From Armatimonadota bacterium (GTDB lineage Bacteria; Vulcanimicrobiota; JACPDS01; JBDRKI01), in contig JBDRKI010000069.1 of the NCBI GenBank assembly GCA_043814095.1, positions 1 through 48,680 of the forward strand: a stretch of 48,680 nucleotides of DNA, written 5' to 3'. Made by a program: the position numbers and the translations under genes. Position 1 is the stretch's first letter. Each line of letters begins with the position of its first letter. This document shows positions 17,984-27,704 of this stretch, in pieces. Below the pieces are notes generated by a model, which was not told the DNA's origin, did not search any database, and saw only the letters and a program-made list of their open reading frames with translations.

Positions 17984-19339
17984 ATGAAAACCTTATTAAT
18001 CAAAAACGCTGATTTTATCGTTACTTTAAATGATAAAAATGAGATTTTAAAGGGCAGTGATATTTATATAGAAGGCCCGGAGATTAAGAAAATAGGAAAT
18101 CTTGGCGACATTAAAGCTGATGAAGTTATAAACGCTTCGGGCAAATATATATATCCCGGCATGGTAAACACCCACCATCATCTTTACCAGACTTTTACAA
18201 GAAATGTTCCCCAAGTGCAGTCGGCCGAACTTTTTGACTGGCTTATTTATTTATATGAAGTATGGAAGAGGTTTTCCCCCGAAGATTTTTACTACAGCGC
18301 TCTTGTGGGGCTCGGAGAACTTCTTCTTACCGGATGCACGACAGCTGTTGATATGTTTTATGTATTTCCGAAAACGGCAGGTGGTGAGATTTTTGATGTT
18401 CTGGCAAAGGCGGGGCAGGATCTTGGTATAAGGCTTGCTCCGTGCAGGGGTAGTATGTCGCGCAGCAAAAAAGACGGAGGACTTCCGCCCGATGCGGTTG
18501 TGCAGACTGTTGATGAGATTCTGGCTGATTCGGAAAGGGTCATAAAAAAATATCACAGCGCGGATAAATTTTCAATGTGTCAGGTGATTTTAGGGCCGTG
18601 TTCGCCTTTTTCCGTTACGAAAGAACTTATGAAAGAAACGGCTGTTTTCGCGCGCAAGCATGACAAAGTTTATCTGCATACTCACCTGGCGGAAACAGAA
18701 GACGAAAATGATTTTTGCAAAGAAATTTACAAGATGCGCCCTTATGAGCTTATGGAAGATATCGGATGGACGGGGGAAGATGTCTTTTTCGCGCACTGCG
18801 TCCATTTAAATGATGCTGAAATTAAAAAAATGGCGCAGACAAAAACAGGCGTCGCGCATTGCCCTACTTCCAATATGCGGCTGGGATCAGGCGTTGCCCC
18901 CGTGCCGGAGATGCTTAAGAAAGGCGTTAATGTTTCTCTTGCGGTTGACGGCAGTGCCAGCAACGATTCTTCCGACATGCTGGGTGAGGCAAGGCAGGCT
19001 CTTTTAGTGCACAGGATAAAAGGCGCTGACAGGATAAAACCGTTAGATGTGTGGAAAATAGCATCATGCGGCGGTGCAAAAGTACTCGGTAGAACCGAGC
19101 TGGGTTCGCTTGAGGCCGGAAAAGCAGCCGATCTTTTCATGGTTGATACAAATAAGCTGGGTTATGCGGGTGTGTATCCCGAACCTCTGGGACTTCCCCT
19201 TCTTACAGGGAATACACATATTGTTGATACGACAATAGTTAACGGGGAAATTGTGGTCAGGAACGGGAGGTTGACAAAATTGAACGAAGAGGAAATAATA
19301 GAAAGAGCCAATATTTTAGCCGCAAAGCTTTATAAATAG
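17984..19339 (+). CDS. 8-oxoguanine deaminase-like amidohydrolase
   Basis: NTHHHLYQT, PCSPFSV, HTHLAET, AHCVHL, HCPTSNMRLGSG, VDGSASND; ATG 17984 after SD AGGGGG. Confidence 0.85.
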   Translation: MKTLLIKNADFIVTLNDKNEILKGSDIYIEGPEIKKIGNLGDIKADEVINASGKYIYPGMVNTHHHLYQTFTRNVPQVQSAELFDWLIYLYEVWKRFSPEDFYYSALVGLGELLLTGCTTAVDMFYVFPKTAGGEIFDVLAKAGQDLGIRLAPCRGSMSRSKKDGGLPPDAVVQTVDEILADSERVIKKYHSADKFSMCQVILGPCSPFSVTKELMKETAVFARKHDKVYLHTHLAETEDENDFCKEIYKMRPYELMEDIGWTGEDVFFAHCVHLNDAEIKKMAQTKTGVAHCPTSNMRLGSGVAPVPEMLKKGVNVSLAVDGSASNDSSDMLGEARQALLVHRIKGADRIKPLDVWKIASCGGAKVLGRTELGSLEAGKAADLFMVDTNKLGYAGVYPEPLGLPLLTGNTHIVDTTIVNGEIVVRNGRLTKLNEEEIIERANILAAKLYK

Positions 19340-19357
19340 CCGCAATAAAGGATACAG

Positions 19358-20596
19358 ATGAAAAATATAACCGTTGACCAGATAATAAATTCTTTAAACG
19401 AGCCCATGGCTTTAATTGATTTTGACGGCAGGATTATAGATGCGAATAAACCTCTTGCCGTTCTTCTGGGCGCAAACAAGAAAATTCTCATAGGCGATTA
19501 TGCAGTTAATTACTGGAGTAAATCACGTCTTGACCAGATTGAATACGGCATAGAGCAGACAAAGAAAAAAGGGCGTCTTGATAACCGGGCCGCTGTGCTT
19601 GTAAATGTAAAAAACAGAGAGATACCGGTATCGTTTAACACGGCATTAATGAAGGACAAAAACGATAAGCCTTACGCGGTTCTTGTTACCGTAAAGGACA
19701 TGAGAAGCTTGAGAAAAAACGTTTCCAGTCTCAAGCGCTCCAGAAATCTTCTTAAGGAAAAAATTCTCAGAAAGAAGCAGGATATAGTAGAAGCAAATCA
19801 CCGCTTTATATCCCTTAACAAGCAGCTTGTAGAGTCGGAATATGAATTAAGAGTATTATTTAAACAGATAAAAGAAACCCAGCGTTTAAAATCTATTTAT
19901 CTTTCGGGGTTAAGCGAAGAATTTTATAACCCCCTCCTGTCCATTACTGGCTTTACCGAGATGTTAAAAGAGAAGGTCGGCTCAACGCCTGAGACAGAGA
20001 AAGAATTTTTAAAAGACATAAAAAGGCATGTCGATTATCTTCTGGAGGTTTTAGACAACCTGGAAGATTTATTAAAAATTGAAAAAGACAGGATAAAATT
20101 AAACCCTAAAAAAACAGACCTGTTTGTGGTTTACAGCGGACTTAAAAATATATACCAGAATGTCCTGGAGTTTAATAAAAATATAGAGCTGGAATTTAGC
20201 TTCCCGTACGAACCTTTGCCCGAGGTTTTTGTTGACAGGGCAAAGCTGAAATTAATAATGATAAACCTGATAAATACCGCCATAGCTCATCTCGGAGAGG
20301 GCAGGATAGCCGTAAATGTGGTAAATGATTTCAAAAAATCAAACGTGCAGACAACCATTGAAGCGGCTTATTCGGGGGAATCATCCGATGATGTTTTGTT
20401 TGACAGGTTCAGCGAGCTTTTTAAAAGCAAAGAAAAAATGAGCGGACTGGGGCTTGAGAAAACGAAAAAAATAATAGAGTCCATGAACGGCGTTTTTTCT
20501 TTTGAGAGTCATGATGAAGGAAGGGTTGTGGCGGCTAAATTTACAACTCCTATTTTCACCATGAAAAAGACCCCTCAAACAGTAGAAATAGAATGA
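19358..20596 (+). CDS. PAS-domain histidine-kinase-like protein with degenerate catalytic boxes
   Basis: N-terminal PAS, coiled coil, HisKA-like LSEEFYNPLLSITGF (His replaced by Glu), HATPase-like D..KL..I..NL and SGLGL. Confidence 0.75.
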   Translation: MKNITVDQIINSLNEPMALIDFDGRIIDANKPLAVLLGANKKILIGDYAVNYWSKSRLDQIEYGIEQTKKKGRLDNRAAVLVNVKNREIPVSFNTALMKDKNDKPYAVLVTVKDMRSLRKNVSSLKRSRNLLKEKILRKKQDIVEANHRFISLNKQLVESEYELRVLFKQIKETQRLKSIYLSGLSEEFYNPLLSITGFTEMLKEKVGSTPETEKEFLKDIKRHVDYLLEVLDNLEDLLKIEKDRIKLNPKKTDLFVVYSGLKNIYQNVLEFNKNIELEFSFPYEPLPEVFVDRAKLKLIMINLINTAIAHLGEGRIAVNVVNDFKKSNVQTTIEAAYSGESSDDVLFDRFSELFKSKEKMSGLGLEKTKKIIESMNGVFSFESHDEGRVVAAKFTTPIFTMKKTPQTVEIE

Positions 20597-20599
20597 TAT

Positions 20600-21526
20600 T
20601 TATTTTTTCTTCTCTTCTTTAAAGTAATCGGCCGTCTTTCTTAATCCTTCTTCAAGGCTTACGCTTACTTTCCATCCTAAAACTTTTCCTGCATAGTTAT
20701 TATCAAGGGCTATTTTATATACTTCTCCGGCCCTCGCGTCTTTATAAACGGGCTTTATGTCCGAGTTTAATGCGTCCGCTATTTTATAAAAAAGCCGGGT
20801 TACCGAAGTTTCTTCCCCCGTCCCTATGTTTATTATCTCTCCGCCTGCTTTTGCGAGTGCTTCTGTATTGGCGTTAACCACATCACCCACGTACACATAG
20901 TCCCTGGTTTGTTCGCCGTCGCCGAATATAAACGGGGATTTTTCCTCCAGAAGTTTGCCCGTGAATATCGCAACAACGCCCGCTTCCCCGTGCGGGTCCT
21001 GCCTGGGCCCGTATACATTAGCATAGCGCAGTATGGTGTAATCAAGTTTATACATATCGTGAAAATATTCTATGTAATGTTCAAGGCAGTGTTTGCTTAT
21101 ACCGTAAGGAGCAAGGGGCCGCACGGGATGCTTTTCGTCGCACGGCAGGTACTGCGGTTCACCGTATATTGCCCCGCCGGTTGAGGCGTATATTATTTTT
21201 TTTACTTCATACTTCCGGCAGAGTTCCAGTATTTTAATTCCGCTCAGTATGTTGGTATCGGCATCAGTAACCGGGTACTCAACAGATTTTCTCACATCAA
21301 TCTGCGCCGCGTGATGGTTTACGATATCAAATTTATACTCGGCAAAAATATCTTCAACGCGTTCATCGCCTATGTCCATCTGGAAAAGCTGCGCGTTTGT
21401 GTTTAAATTTTTAAGTTTGCCGGATGACAGGTTGTCAATAACAACAACCTTGTGGTCCTTCTCTATGTATGCGTCAACAATATGAGATGCTATGAAACCT
21501 GCTCCGCCCGTAACCAGTATATTCAT
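20600..21526 (-). CDS. NAD-dependent NDP-sugar epimerase/dehydratase (UDP-glucose 4-epimerase-like)
   Basis: TGGAGFIAS, YGISK, LRYANVYGPRQ, GDGEQTRDYVYV. Confidence 0.92.
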   Translation of the reverse strand: MNILVTGGAGFIASHIVDAYIEKDHKVVVIDNLSSGKLKNLNTNAQLFQMDIGDERVEDIFAEYKFDIVNHHAAQIDVRKSVEYPVTDADTNILSGIKILELCRKYEVKKIIYASTGGAIYGEPQYLPCDEKHPVRPLAPYGISKHCLEHYIEYFHDMYKLDYTILRYANVYGPRQDPHGEAGVVAIFTGKLLEEKSPFIFGDGEQTRDYVYVGDVVNANTEALAKAGGEIINIGTGEETSVTRLFYKIADALNSDIKPVYKDARAGEVYKIALDNNYAGKVLGWKVSVSLEEGLRKTADYFKEEKKK

Positions 21527-21580
21527 ATCTTTAAAGCTCCTTTAACTGTAATTGATGTATAAAAAAATCTTTCTACCCGA

Positions 21581-21609
21581 TTGCCAAAAAACCTTTAAAA
21601 GTGTAAAAT
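21581..21609 (+). promoter_or_regulatory. Sigma-70/A promoter of tRNA-Ser
   Basis: TTGCCA, 17 bp spacer, TAAAAT. Confidence 0.65.
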
Positions 21610-21628
21610 AGGTTTTTGCCGGGCATTC

Positions 21629-21723
21629 GGAGAGGTGGCAGAGTTGGTCGATCGCGCCCGCCTCGAAAGCGGGTAGAGGGTGTCAAAGCTCTCTCGGGGG
21701 TTCGAATCCCTCCCTCTCCGCCA
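21629..21723 (+). tRNA. tRNA-Ser (anticodon CGA)
   Basis: Acceptor stem GGAGAGG/CCTCTCC-G-CCA; anticodon arm CCCGC-CTCGAAA-GCGGG (CGA at 21664-21666); long variable arm; GGTTCGAATCC T-arm. Confidence 0.97.
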
Positions 21724-21800
21724 GAACGGTATATTATTGGTCCATTCATTGTTTTCTGTTTCTGGATTTGCTTTATTTTATATTGTTTATTGCTTTTTGG

Positions 21801-21891
21801 ATAGGTGTACTATGGGTGTACTATAGGTGTGCAGTGCACCTATTTACAAGATTTTAAAAATAGGTATAATATAGGTATAGAGTACACCTAT
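21801..21891. repeat. ATAGGTG direct/inverted repeat array overlapping the Fic promoter
   Basis: Half-sites at 21801, 21812, 21823, 21860, 21871; inverted CACCTAT at 21837 and 21885; TTTACA (21843) and TATAAT (21865) lie within. Confidence 0.8.
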
Positions 21892-21916
21892 TTATGCAAA
21901 AAAGAGATGGTGAAAA

Positions 21917-23248
21917 ATGTTTTATAGGTTAGAAAAACCAGATTTAACAAAGATTGATAAAGTTAAAGTATTTGATATTTTTCAAAAACATCTAGAGATT
22001 TTTGACTATCTGTATGATACTTTTTCTCCTTATGCCTATTGGGATAAGATTAAATATAAAAAAATTCCCGACTATATTTCGCATGAAGAATTTTGGTGGC
22101 TAGTTAAAATAATTAGAAATTTACCATCTTTTAAAAATAAGAATTTTATTATTGAAAATGAAAACGGGGAACATTTTGTTTACATGAAATTGCCAGGTAT
22201 TGATAAATTTCTTCATGAAATGGATTTAGATACTGGTGGCGTTCTTGTGGGAGAAGGCAAAGATCTTCAGAAAATTAACAACCAGAAACTTATTTCTCGC
22301 GGAATTATTGAGGAGGCAATTGCTTCTTCGCAGCTGGAAGGTGCAAATACTACAAGAAAGCTGGCCAAGCAGTTCTTAAGAGAGGGTAGAAAACCTAAAA
22401 ATAAAGCAGAGCAGATGATTTTAAATAACTATACAACCATGCAATTGATTGAGGAAAGTTATAAGAATAAAAAATTAAATGAAGATCTACTCTTTGAATT
22501 GCATGGGTTAATTACGAAAAATACGATACCAGAAAATGAAGTTGGCCGTTTTAGAAAAGATGAGGAAGAAATTATCGTGGGTAATCAAGAAGATGTTATT
22601 TATCATGGTCCTCCAAAGATAGATTTTGTAAAAAAAGAAATCAAAAAGTTTATTAAATTTGCCAACGATGAACTCAGAGAGCCATTTATTCACCCTATAA
22701 TAAAGGCAATTATGATTCATTTTTGGGTAGGGTACCTTCATCCATTCACGGACGGAAATGGGCGTTTGGCGCGCTTATTATTTTATTGGTATCTTTTGAG
22801 AAATAATTATTGGGCTTTTGCGTATTTACCCATATCATTGATGATAAAGAAATCACCCCAACAGTATATGATGGCTTATGTGTATTCAGAGCAAGATGAT
22901 CTAGATTTGACTTATTTTATTGATTATAACATAGAGAAAATAAAATTAGCTCTTGCAAATTTTAAAGAATATATAAAGAAACAAATTGAAGGAAATCAAG
23001 GCATTACGGATTCGTTAAGGGTGAAATATAATTTAAATGACAGGCAAATACAGCTTTTGCGGTTTTATAACGAAAATAAGAATGCGAGCACCATATTAAA
23101 AGTTTACAAGAATATTAATAAGATTTCTAAAAAAACAGCGATAAAAGATCTGAAACAATTAACAGATGCGGGATTTTTAATTCGCAGAAAACAAGGTAGA
23201 AAAATTTACTATTATGCCACTGAGAATGTGTCAAGCTTATTTGCTTGA
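21917..23248 (+). CDS. Fic-domain protein (class II-like) with C-terminal winged HTH
   Basis: Canonical HPFTDGNGRLAR; N-terminal inhibitory SSQLEG; C-terminal LNDRQ...TAIKDLKQL...GFL...GR..YY. Confidence 0.92.
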   Translation: MFYRLEKPDLTKIDKVKVFDIFQKHLEIFDYLYDTFSPYAYWDKIKYKKIPDYISHEEFWWLVKIIRNLPSFKNKNFIIENENGEHFVYMKLPGIDKFLHEMDLDTGGVLVGEGKDLQKINNQKLISRGIIEEAIASSQLEGANTTRKLAKQFLREGRKPKNKAEQMILNNYTTMQLIEESYKNKKLNEDLLFELHGLITKNTIPENEVGRFRKDEEEIIVGNQEDVIYHGPPKIDFVKKEIKKFIKFANDELREPFIHPIIKAIMIHFWVGYLHPFTDGNGRLARLLFYWYLLRNNYWAFAYLPISLMIKKSPQQYMMAYVYSEQDDLDLTYFIDYNIEKIKLALANFKEYIKKQIEGNQGITDSLRVKYNLNDRQIQLLRFYNENKNASTILKVYKNINKISKKTAIKDLKQLTDAGFLIRRKQGRKIYYYATENVSSLFA

Positions 23249-23329
23249 TCTGACATTGTAAAACTTAATTGACTCTATTGTTAAATTTTGTTAAACTTTT
23301 CTTAAAATACTTATTATTATTGAGTTTAT

Positions 23330-24784
23330 ATGAACATATTATTAATTAACCCTACTGGAGGCCCTCTTACCGATTACGGCGCTCTTGCCAAAGCCACGCC
23401 GGAACTTCCCCTTTTGGGTCTCGCTAGTCTGGCTACCGTTCTTACCGAAAAAGGCCATAAGGTCAGGATAGTTGATCTTCATGTTGACGAGCTTGGCGTA
23501 AAGGATATTGTTTCTATCGTCGGTGAAGGAAACTATTCGGTTGTGGGGTTTTCTGTTTATGTAACCACAATTAAAAATACCCTTGCTTTTGCAGGGGCAA
23601 TAAAAGATGAACATCCCGGCGTTATTATATGTGTCGGCGGTCCCCAGGCCACGCTGGATCCCGATTTTTTTAACCAGAGTTTTATTGATTATGTGTTCAG
23701 GGGAGAAGCCGATTTTACTTTTGCCGATTTTATTGATACTTTGAAAAACGGAAGAAAGATAGATCATATAAAAGGGTGCTTGAAAAATGAGAGTGGATCT
23801 TTAAAAGGCAGTAAGGAACTTTCCCTTGTTGATAATCTGGATGATATACCGTTTCTGGAAGTTGATAAATTTTATGACTTAAAAAAATTTCACCAGCCCG
23901 CCCAGGTAAGGGGCAGGAAAGCCGTAAATGTTTTAAGCGTGAGGGGCTGTCCTTTCCAGTGCACGTTCTGCGCGGCAGCCAGCATAACAGGCAGAAAACT
24001 CAGAAATATAAGTGTTGGCCGTTTTGTTGATAACCTTGAGAGGTTAAGGAGTAAAGGTTTTGATTCTTTCATGATATATGACGATACCTTTACCGTTAAT
24101 AAGAAAAGGGCGGTAGCCATAGCCGAAGAGATTATAAGGCGCAAGCTTAATATGGTATGGAACTGCTGGTCGAGAGCTGACTGCGTTGATGAAGAAACCC
24201 TGTCTGTTATGAGAAAATCCGGATGCTACCTTGTAATGTACGGGTTTGAATCGTTTAATGATAAAACCTTAAAAAGACTTAAAAAAGGATTCACCGCAGA
24301 GCAGTGTTTAAAAGCGGTTGAGGTTACAAAAAAAGCGGGGATGATAGCTTCCGCGAGCTTTATGATCGGGCTTCCCGGGGAAACGAAAGAAGATATTTTA
24401 AATACTATAAATGCCGCCGCTAAAACCAGGCTTGATATAGGGATATTCGGTATATTTGAACCCTATGAGGGCACGCCTATATACCAGGACTGTGTATCTT
24501 CGGGCAGGTGGATAAAGAGCAAATACAAGAACAGGCTTCTTCTTGATCAAGAGGAAGTATGGGTGCCCGATACCTTATCAAGGGAAGAGATTGAAAAACT
24601 TACACGCATGGCGTTTAATAAATTTTATCTCAGAGCTTCTTATGTTAAGAGTTTTTTGAAAATGCTCTGGCACCTAAATTGGGAGAGAAAACTGCGTCTT
24701 ATATCAACCGGACTTGATTACTTTATATTCCAGAGGTTATTTTCTACCGCCAAAAACTTTGTTAAGGGGTCGCGTTTCAGATAA
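23330..24784 (+). CDS. B12-binding radical SAM protein
   Basis: N-terminal cobalamin-binding domain (PLLGLASLA, VGGPQAT, GEAD); RGCPFQCTFC; YDDTF; GFES; IGLPGET. Confidence 0.9.
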   Translation: MNILLINPTGGPLTDYGALAKATPELPLLGLASLATVLTEKGHKVRIVDLHVDELGVKDIVSIVGEGNYSVVGFSVYVTTIKNTLAFAGAIKDEHPGVIICVGGPQATLDPDFFNQSFIDYVFRGEADFTFADFIDTLKNGRKIDHIKGCLKNESGSLKGSKELSLVDNLDDIPFLEVDKFYDLKKFHQPAQVRGRKAVNVLSVRGCPFQCTFCAAASITGRKLRNISVGRFVDNLERLRSKGFDSFMIYDDTFTVNKKRAVAIAEEIIRRKLNMVWNCWSRADCVDEETLSVMRKSGCYLVMYGFESFNDKTLKRLKKGFTAEQCLKAVEVTKKAGMIASASFMIGLPGETKEDILNTINAAAKTRLDIGIFGIFEPYEGTPIYQDCVSSGRWIKSKYKNRLLLDQEEVWVPDTLSREEIEKLTRMAFNKFYLRASYVKSFLKMLWHLNWERKLRLISTGLDYFIFQRLFSTAKNFVKGSRFR

Positions 24785-24813
24785 GTTCAAAATAGAATAC
24801 GGACAAGAGCAAA

Positions 24814-25803
24814 ATGGAAAAAATTAAAAACTATATCGCGTCCAAAAGGGAGGTATGGATATTTATCCCCGTTTATTTCGTTCTTGCCCTTATACAGGTT
24901 AAAACCAAACTTTTTCTTACCACGACATGGCTTGACGGCACACTTATACGCAATCACAATATGCTCCTGGGGTTTATTTACACGAATAACGAGCAGTCCC
25001 GCGTACTGCAGTATTATATCCCGGAATTTTTTAGGAATCTTTTTTCTTTATCCGTACCGGATGCTTATATCCTGCAGAGACTTGTATTTGTAACTCTGGC
25101 ATTTATACTTTTTCATTTTTTCTTAAGGAAGTGGTTTTTACCCCCCGCAAGTTTCGCGGGCGTCCTTTTTCTCGCGGCAGTTATGCCGTTAAGCTATATT
25201 AACTACCTGCAGGAAAGTTCGTCTCTTCTTCTTGTAACATTTCTGCTCGGTCTCTGGGCTATCCGCGAGAATAAAGATATCTGGCTTGCCGCTGTGCTTC
25301 TTATTGGCGGATTAAACAATGAAACAATGCTTATACTCCCGGCGGGGTATTTTTTTTACCGCTGCAGAGAGGTGTCTTTTAAGGGTGTGTCTATGCTTTT
25401 AATGAGAACGCTTATTATAAGTTTGCCGGCGCTTTTAGCCATGGGTTTTATCCGTTACCTAACAAGGGCAAACGCCCACCTTGGAGGCGCGCTTCACCTG
25501 TATAAAAATCTTTACGGCATTAAAGAACAGATTGTTCTGGTTTTATTGAATCCTCTCCATTTTTATAAATACATTTATTTTTTTATTTTTCTCATATTCG
25601 GCTTTTTCTGGGTATACGCGTTTATGCGGTATAAGGAAAAACCTTTGTTTCTCAGGAGAGTAGGATTAATAATCCCCCTATTTATAATCATACATATGTT
25701 GACAGGGGTCATATTTGAAGTAAGACAGATGCTCCCATTGAGCTTTTTAATTATACCCATGGCCTTCTTCTATATTTTTCCTTCAAAGGAAGGTATTAAT
25801 TAA
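24814..25803 (+). CDS. Hypothetical polytopic membrane protein (possibly GT-C fold)
   Basis: Many hydrophobic helices; polar motifs NNEQSR, GLNNET, EVRQM. Confidence 0.6.
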   Translation: MEKIKNYIASKREVWIFIPVYFVLALIQVKTKLFLTTTWLDGTLIRNHNMLLGFIYTNNEQSRVLQYYIPEFFRNLFSLSVPDAYILQRLVFVTLAFILFHFFLRKWFLPPASFAGVLFLAAVMPLSYINYLQESSSLLLVTFLLGLWAIRENKDIWLAAVLLIGGLNNETMLILPAGYFFYRCREVSFKGVSMLLMRTLIISLPALLAMGFIRYLTRANAHLGGALHLYKNLYGIKEQIVLVLLNPLHFYKYIYFFIFLIFGFFWVYAFMRYKEKPLFLRRVGLIIPLFIIIHMLTGVIFEVRQMLPLSFLIIPMAFFYIFPSKEGIN

Positions 25804-25868
25804 CTATAAGAATAATTATTCTTTAATAAGAAGGAATTAAATATTAAAAAAAAGAAAGAAGAAGACTT

Positions 25869-26525
25869 ATGGATGAAAAAATAATAAAAGAAGTAGTAGA
25901 TGAAGTAGTTAATAAAATTTCAGAGCAAACCAAGGTTAGCCCTGCCGGTTTTAACGAATATAATATTCCCATAGGAGTTTCTAACCGGCACCTTCACGTA
26001 AGCCGCGAAGATTTAGATATTCTTTTCGGTCAGGGGTATTCGCTTACAAATATTAAAGATCTTTCACAGCCCGGGCAGTTTGCGTGCGAAGAAACAGTTA
26101 CTTTAATAGGCCCGAAAGGCGTAAAGGAAAAAGTAAGGATACTGGGGCCTGTAAGAAAAAACACGCAGGTTGAGATTTCAATTACTGATTCCTACCAGCT
26201 CGGAGTTTCCCCCGCGGTGCGTGAATCGGGGGATATTGAAGGTACGCCCGGGATATCCGTTTCAGGTCCGCGCGGCGTTGTAAAACTTGAAAAGGGAGCC
26301 ATTATCGCTAAGAGGCATATACATATGACCCCGGAGGAAGCGGATTTATTCGGTGTGCGGGATAAGCAGGTTGTCGCGGTAGAGATTGCCGGTCCGCGCA
26401 AATTAATATTTGATAATGTTATCGTGAGGATCTCAAAAGATTTTAAACTGGATTTGCATATAGATACCGATGAAGCTAACGCAGCCGCAGCCACGACAGG
26501 AATGCGGGCAAAGTTGATTAAATAA
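25869..26525 (+). CDS. pduL: Phosphate propanoyl/acetyltransferase PduL with N-terminal encapsulation peptide
   Basis: [36 protein letters not shown]. Confidence 0.95.
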   Translation: MDEKIIKEVVDEVVNKISEQTKVSPAGFNEYNIPIGVSNRHLHVSREDLDILFGQGYSLTNIKDLSQPGQFACEETVTLIGPKGVKEKVRILGPVRKNTQVEISITDSYQLGVSPAVRESGDIEGTPGISVSGPRGVVKLEKGAIIAKRHIHMTPEEADLFGVRDKQVVAVEIAGPRKLIFDNVIVRISKDFKLDLHIDTDEANAAAATTGMRAKLIK

Positions 26526-26551
26526 ATTTATCAAGCTGGGAGGTGAGAATA

Positions 26552-26854
26552 ATGATAAATACTTACGAAGCTCTGGGTATGGTTGAAACAAGAGGTTTAA
26601 CGGCGGCAGTTGAAGCGGCGGATGCCATGGTAAAGGCCGCTAATGTTAAGCTGGTAAGCTACGAAAAGGTCGGTTCCGGCCTTGTAACAGTTCTGGTAAG
26701 AGGAGATGTCGCGGCGGTAAGAGCGGCAACAGACGCCGGCGCAGCTAACGCCAGAAAAGTAGGAGAACTGGTGTCGGTCCACGTAATCCCGAGACCCCAT
26801 AAAGACCTTGATGAAGTTCTTCCTATCGCTCCTCCGAAAGAAAAAGTAAAATAG
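26552..26854 (+). CDS. BMC-H shell hexamer (EutM/PduA-like)
   Basis: [37 protein letters not shown] 26552 after SD GGAGGTG. Confidence 0.96.
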   Translation: MINTYEALGMVETRGLTAAVEAADAMVKAANVKLVSYEKVGSGLVTVLVRGDVAAVRAATDAGAANARKVGELVSVHVIPRPHKDLDEVLPIAPPKEKVK

Positions 26855-26886
26855 TTTTTCTTTCGGCTGGTTATTTTTTAAAAAAA

Positions 26887-26919
26887 TATCCCGTCCCGGC
26901 GTTATGCCCGGACGGGATA
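26887..26919. other. GC-rich intergenic hairpin after BMC-H
   Basis: TATCCCGTCC...GGACGGGATA perfect 10-bp arms; no T-tail on the + strand. Confidence 0.7.
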
Positions 26920-26953
26920 AGGGTATTGCTTTGGTTTTATACGGAGTGGCTTA

Positions 26954-27691
26954 ATGAATCAAAAGGATTTAGTAGATATAATAACCAGAGAAGTTATCAG
27001 CAAATTTGATTCTACCCGGAAAAACAAAGATAAGTCCGTCCGCAAGAATAAAATGCTGGTTCTTGTGAATGAGCTGTTGGGCGTTAAAAAATTTACGGAA
27101 AATTTGTTAACTATGGAGGAATCTGATAACTGGGATTTCTCCTTTATTTTTATAGACGAAAAAGTTTCAAGCAAAAAACTCCTGTACCTGGAAGATCATA
27201 TTGATGTAGTAAGCGATAAATCTCATATTAAAAGCGTTATCGGTAATTTTGATGCCGTATTGATAACGGATTTAAATATAAGCCAGCTTTCAAGTTCCGC
27301 TGCTCTTATCGGCGCCGATGAAGTGTCATCCCTTATAATAGACTGTATTTTTAATAACCGCCTTATTTACATAGGGGGCGAAAATTTTGATCCCGTGAAA
27401 TTGACAAGCGTGCCTTTTCCCGTAAGGGACGCTATCCTGCAGAATATAAGGACCTTGAATTCATATAATATAAATTTTGTTCAGCTGGACGATATGCCCG
27501 GTATTTTAAGAAGGCTCTCGGGGGTAAAAATTTCTTTATCCGCAAAGAAGAAGATAATTATAAAAGACGACATATCAGAAGGCTTTCAGAAAGGGCTGAA
27601 AGAGCTGATTTTATATCCCGGCGATATAATTACGCCGCTGGCGCGCGATGAGGCGAAAAAATACGGTATTGAGATAACCGAGCGGCAATAA
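26954..27691 (+). CDS. BMC-associated flavoprotein-like protein with encapsulation peptide
   Basis: MNQKDLVDIITREVISKF; FDAVLI.DL...A.L..AD...TLNSYNI; C-terminal IITPLARDEAKKYGIEI. Confidence 0.65.
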   Translation: MNQKDLVDIITREVISKFDSTRKNKDKSVRKNKMLVLVNELLGVKKFTENLLTMEESDNWDFSFIFIDEKVSSKKLLYLEDHIDVVSDKSHIKSVIGNFDAVLITDLNISQLSSSAALIGADEVSSLIIDCIFNNRLIYIGGENFDPVKLTSVPFPVRDAILQNIRTLNSYNINFVQLDDMPGILRRLSGVKISLSAKKKIIIKDDISEGFQKGLKELILYPGDIITPLARDEAKKYGIEITERQ

Positions 27692-27704
27692 CAAGGAGGA
27701 AGTT

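Noticed and set aside
21616-21804. 62-aa ORF in the track
   Set aside because: Overlaps tRNA-Ser entirely; spurious.
21801-21891. Possible CRISPR array or iterons
   Set aside because: Units are 11 bp with no unique spacers, and there are no cas or rep genes; the dyads around a promoter fit an operator better.
23280-23306. Fourth GTTAAC box (GTTAAA-TTTT-GTTAAA)
   Set aside because: 10-bp spacing and mismatched half-sites in AT-rich DNA; not convincing.
21700-25803. Intact integrative element at tRNA-Ser
   Set aside because: No integrase, and I saw no repeat of the tRNA 3' end downstream.
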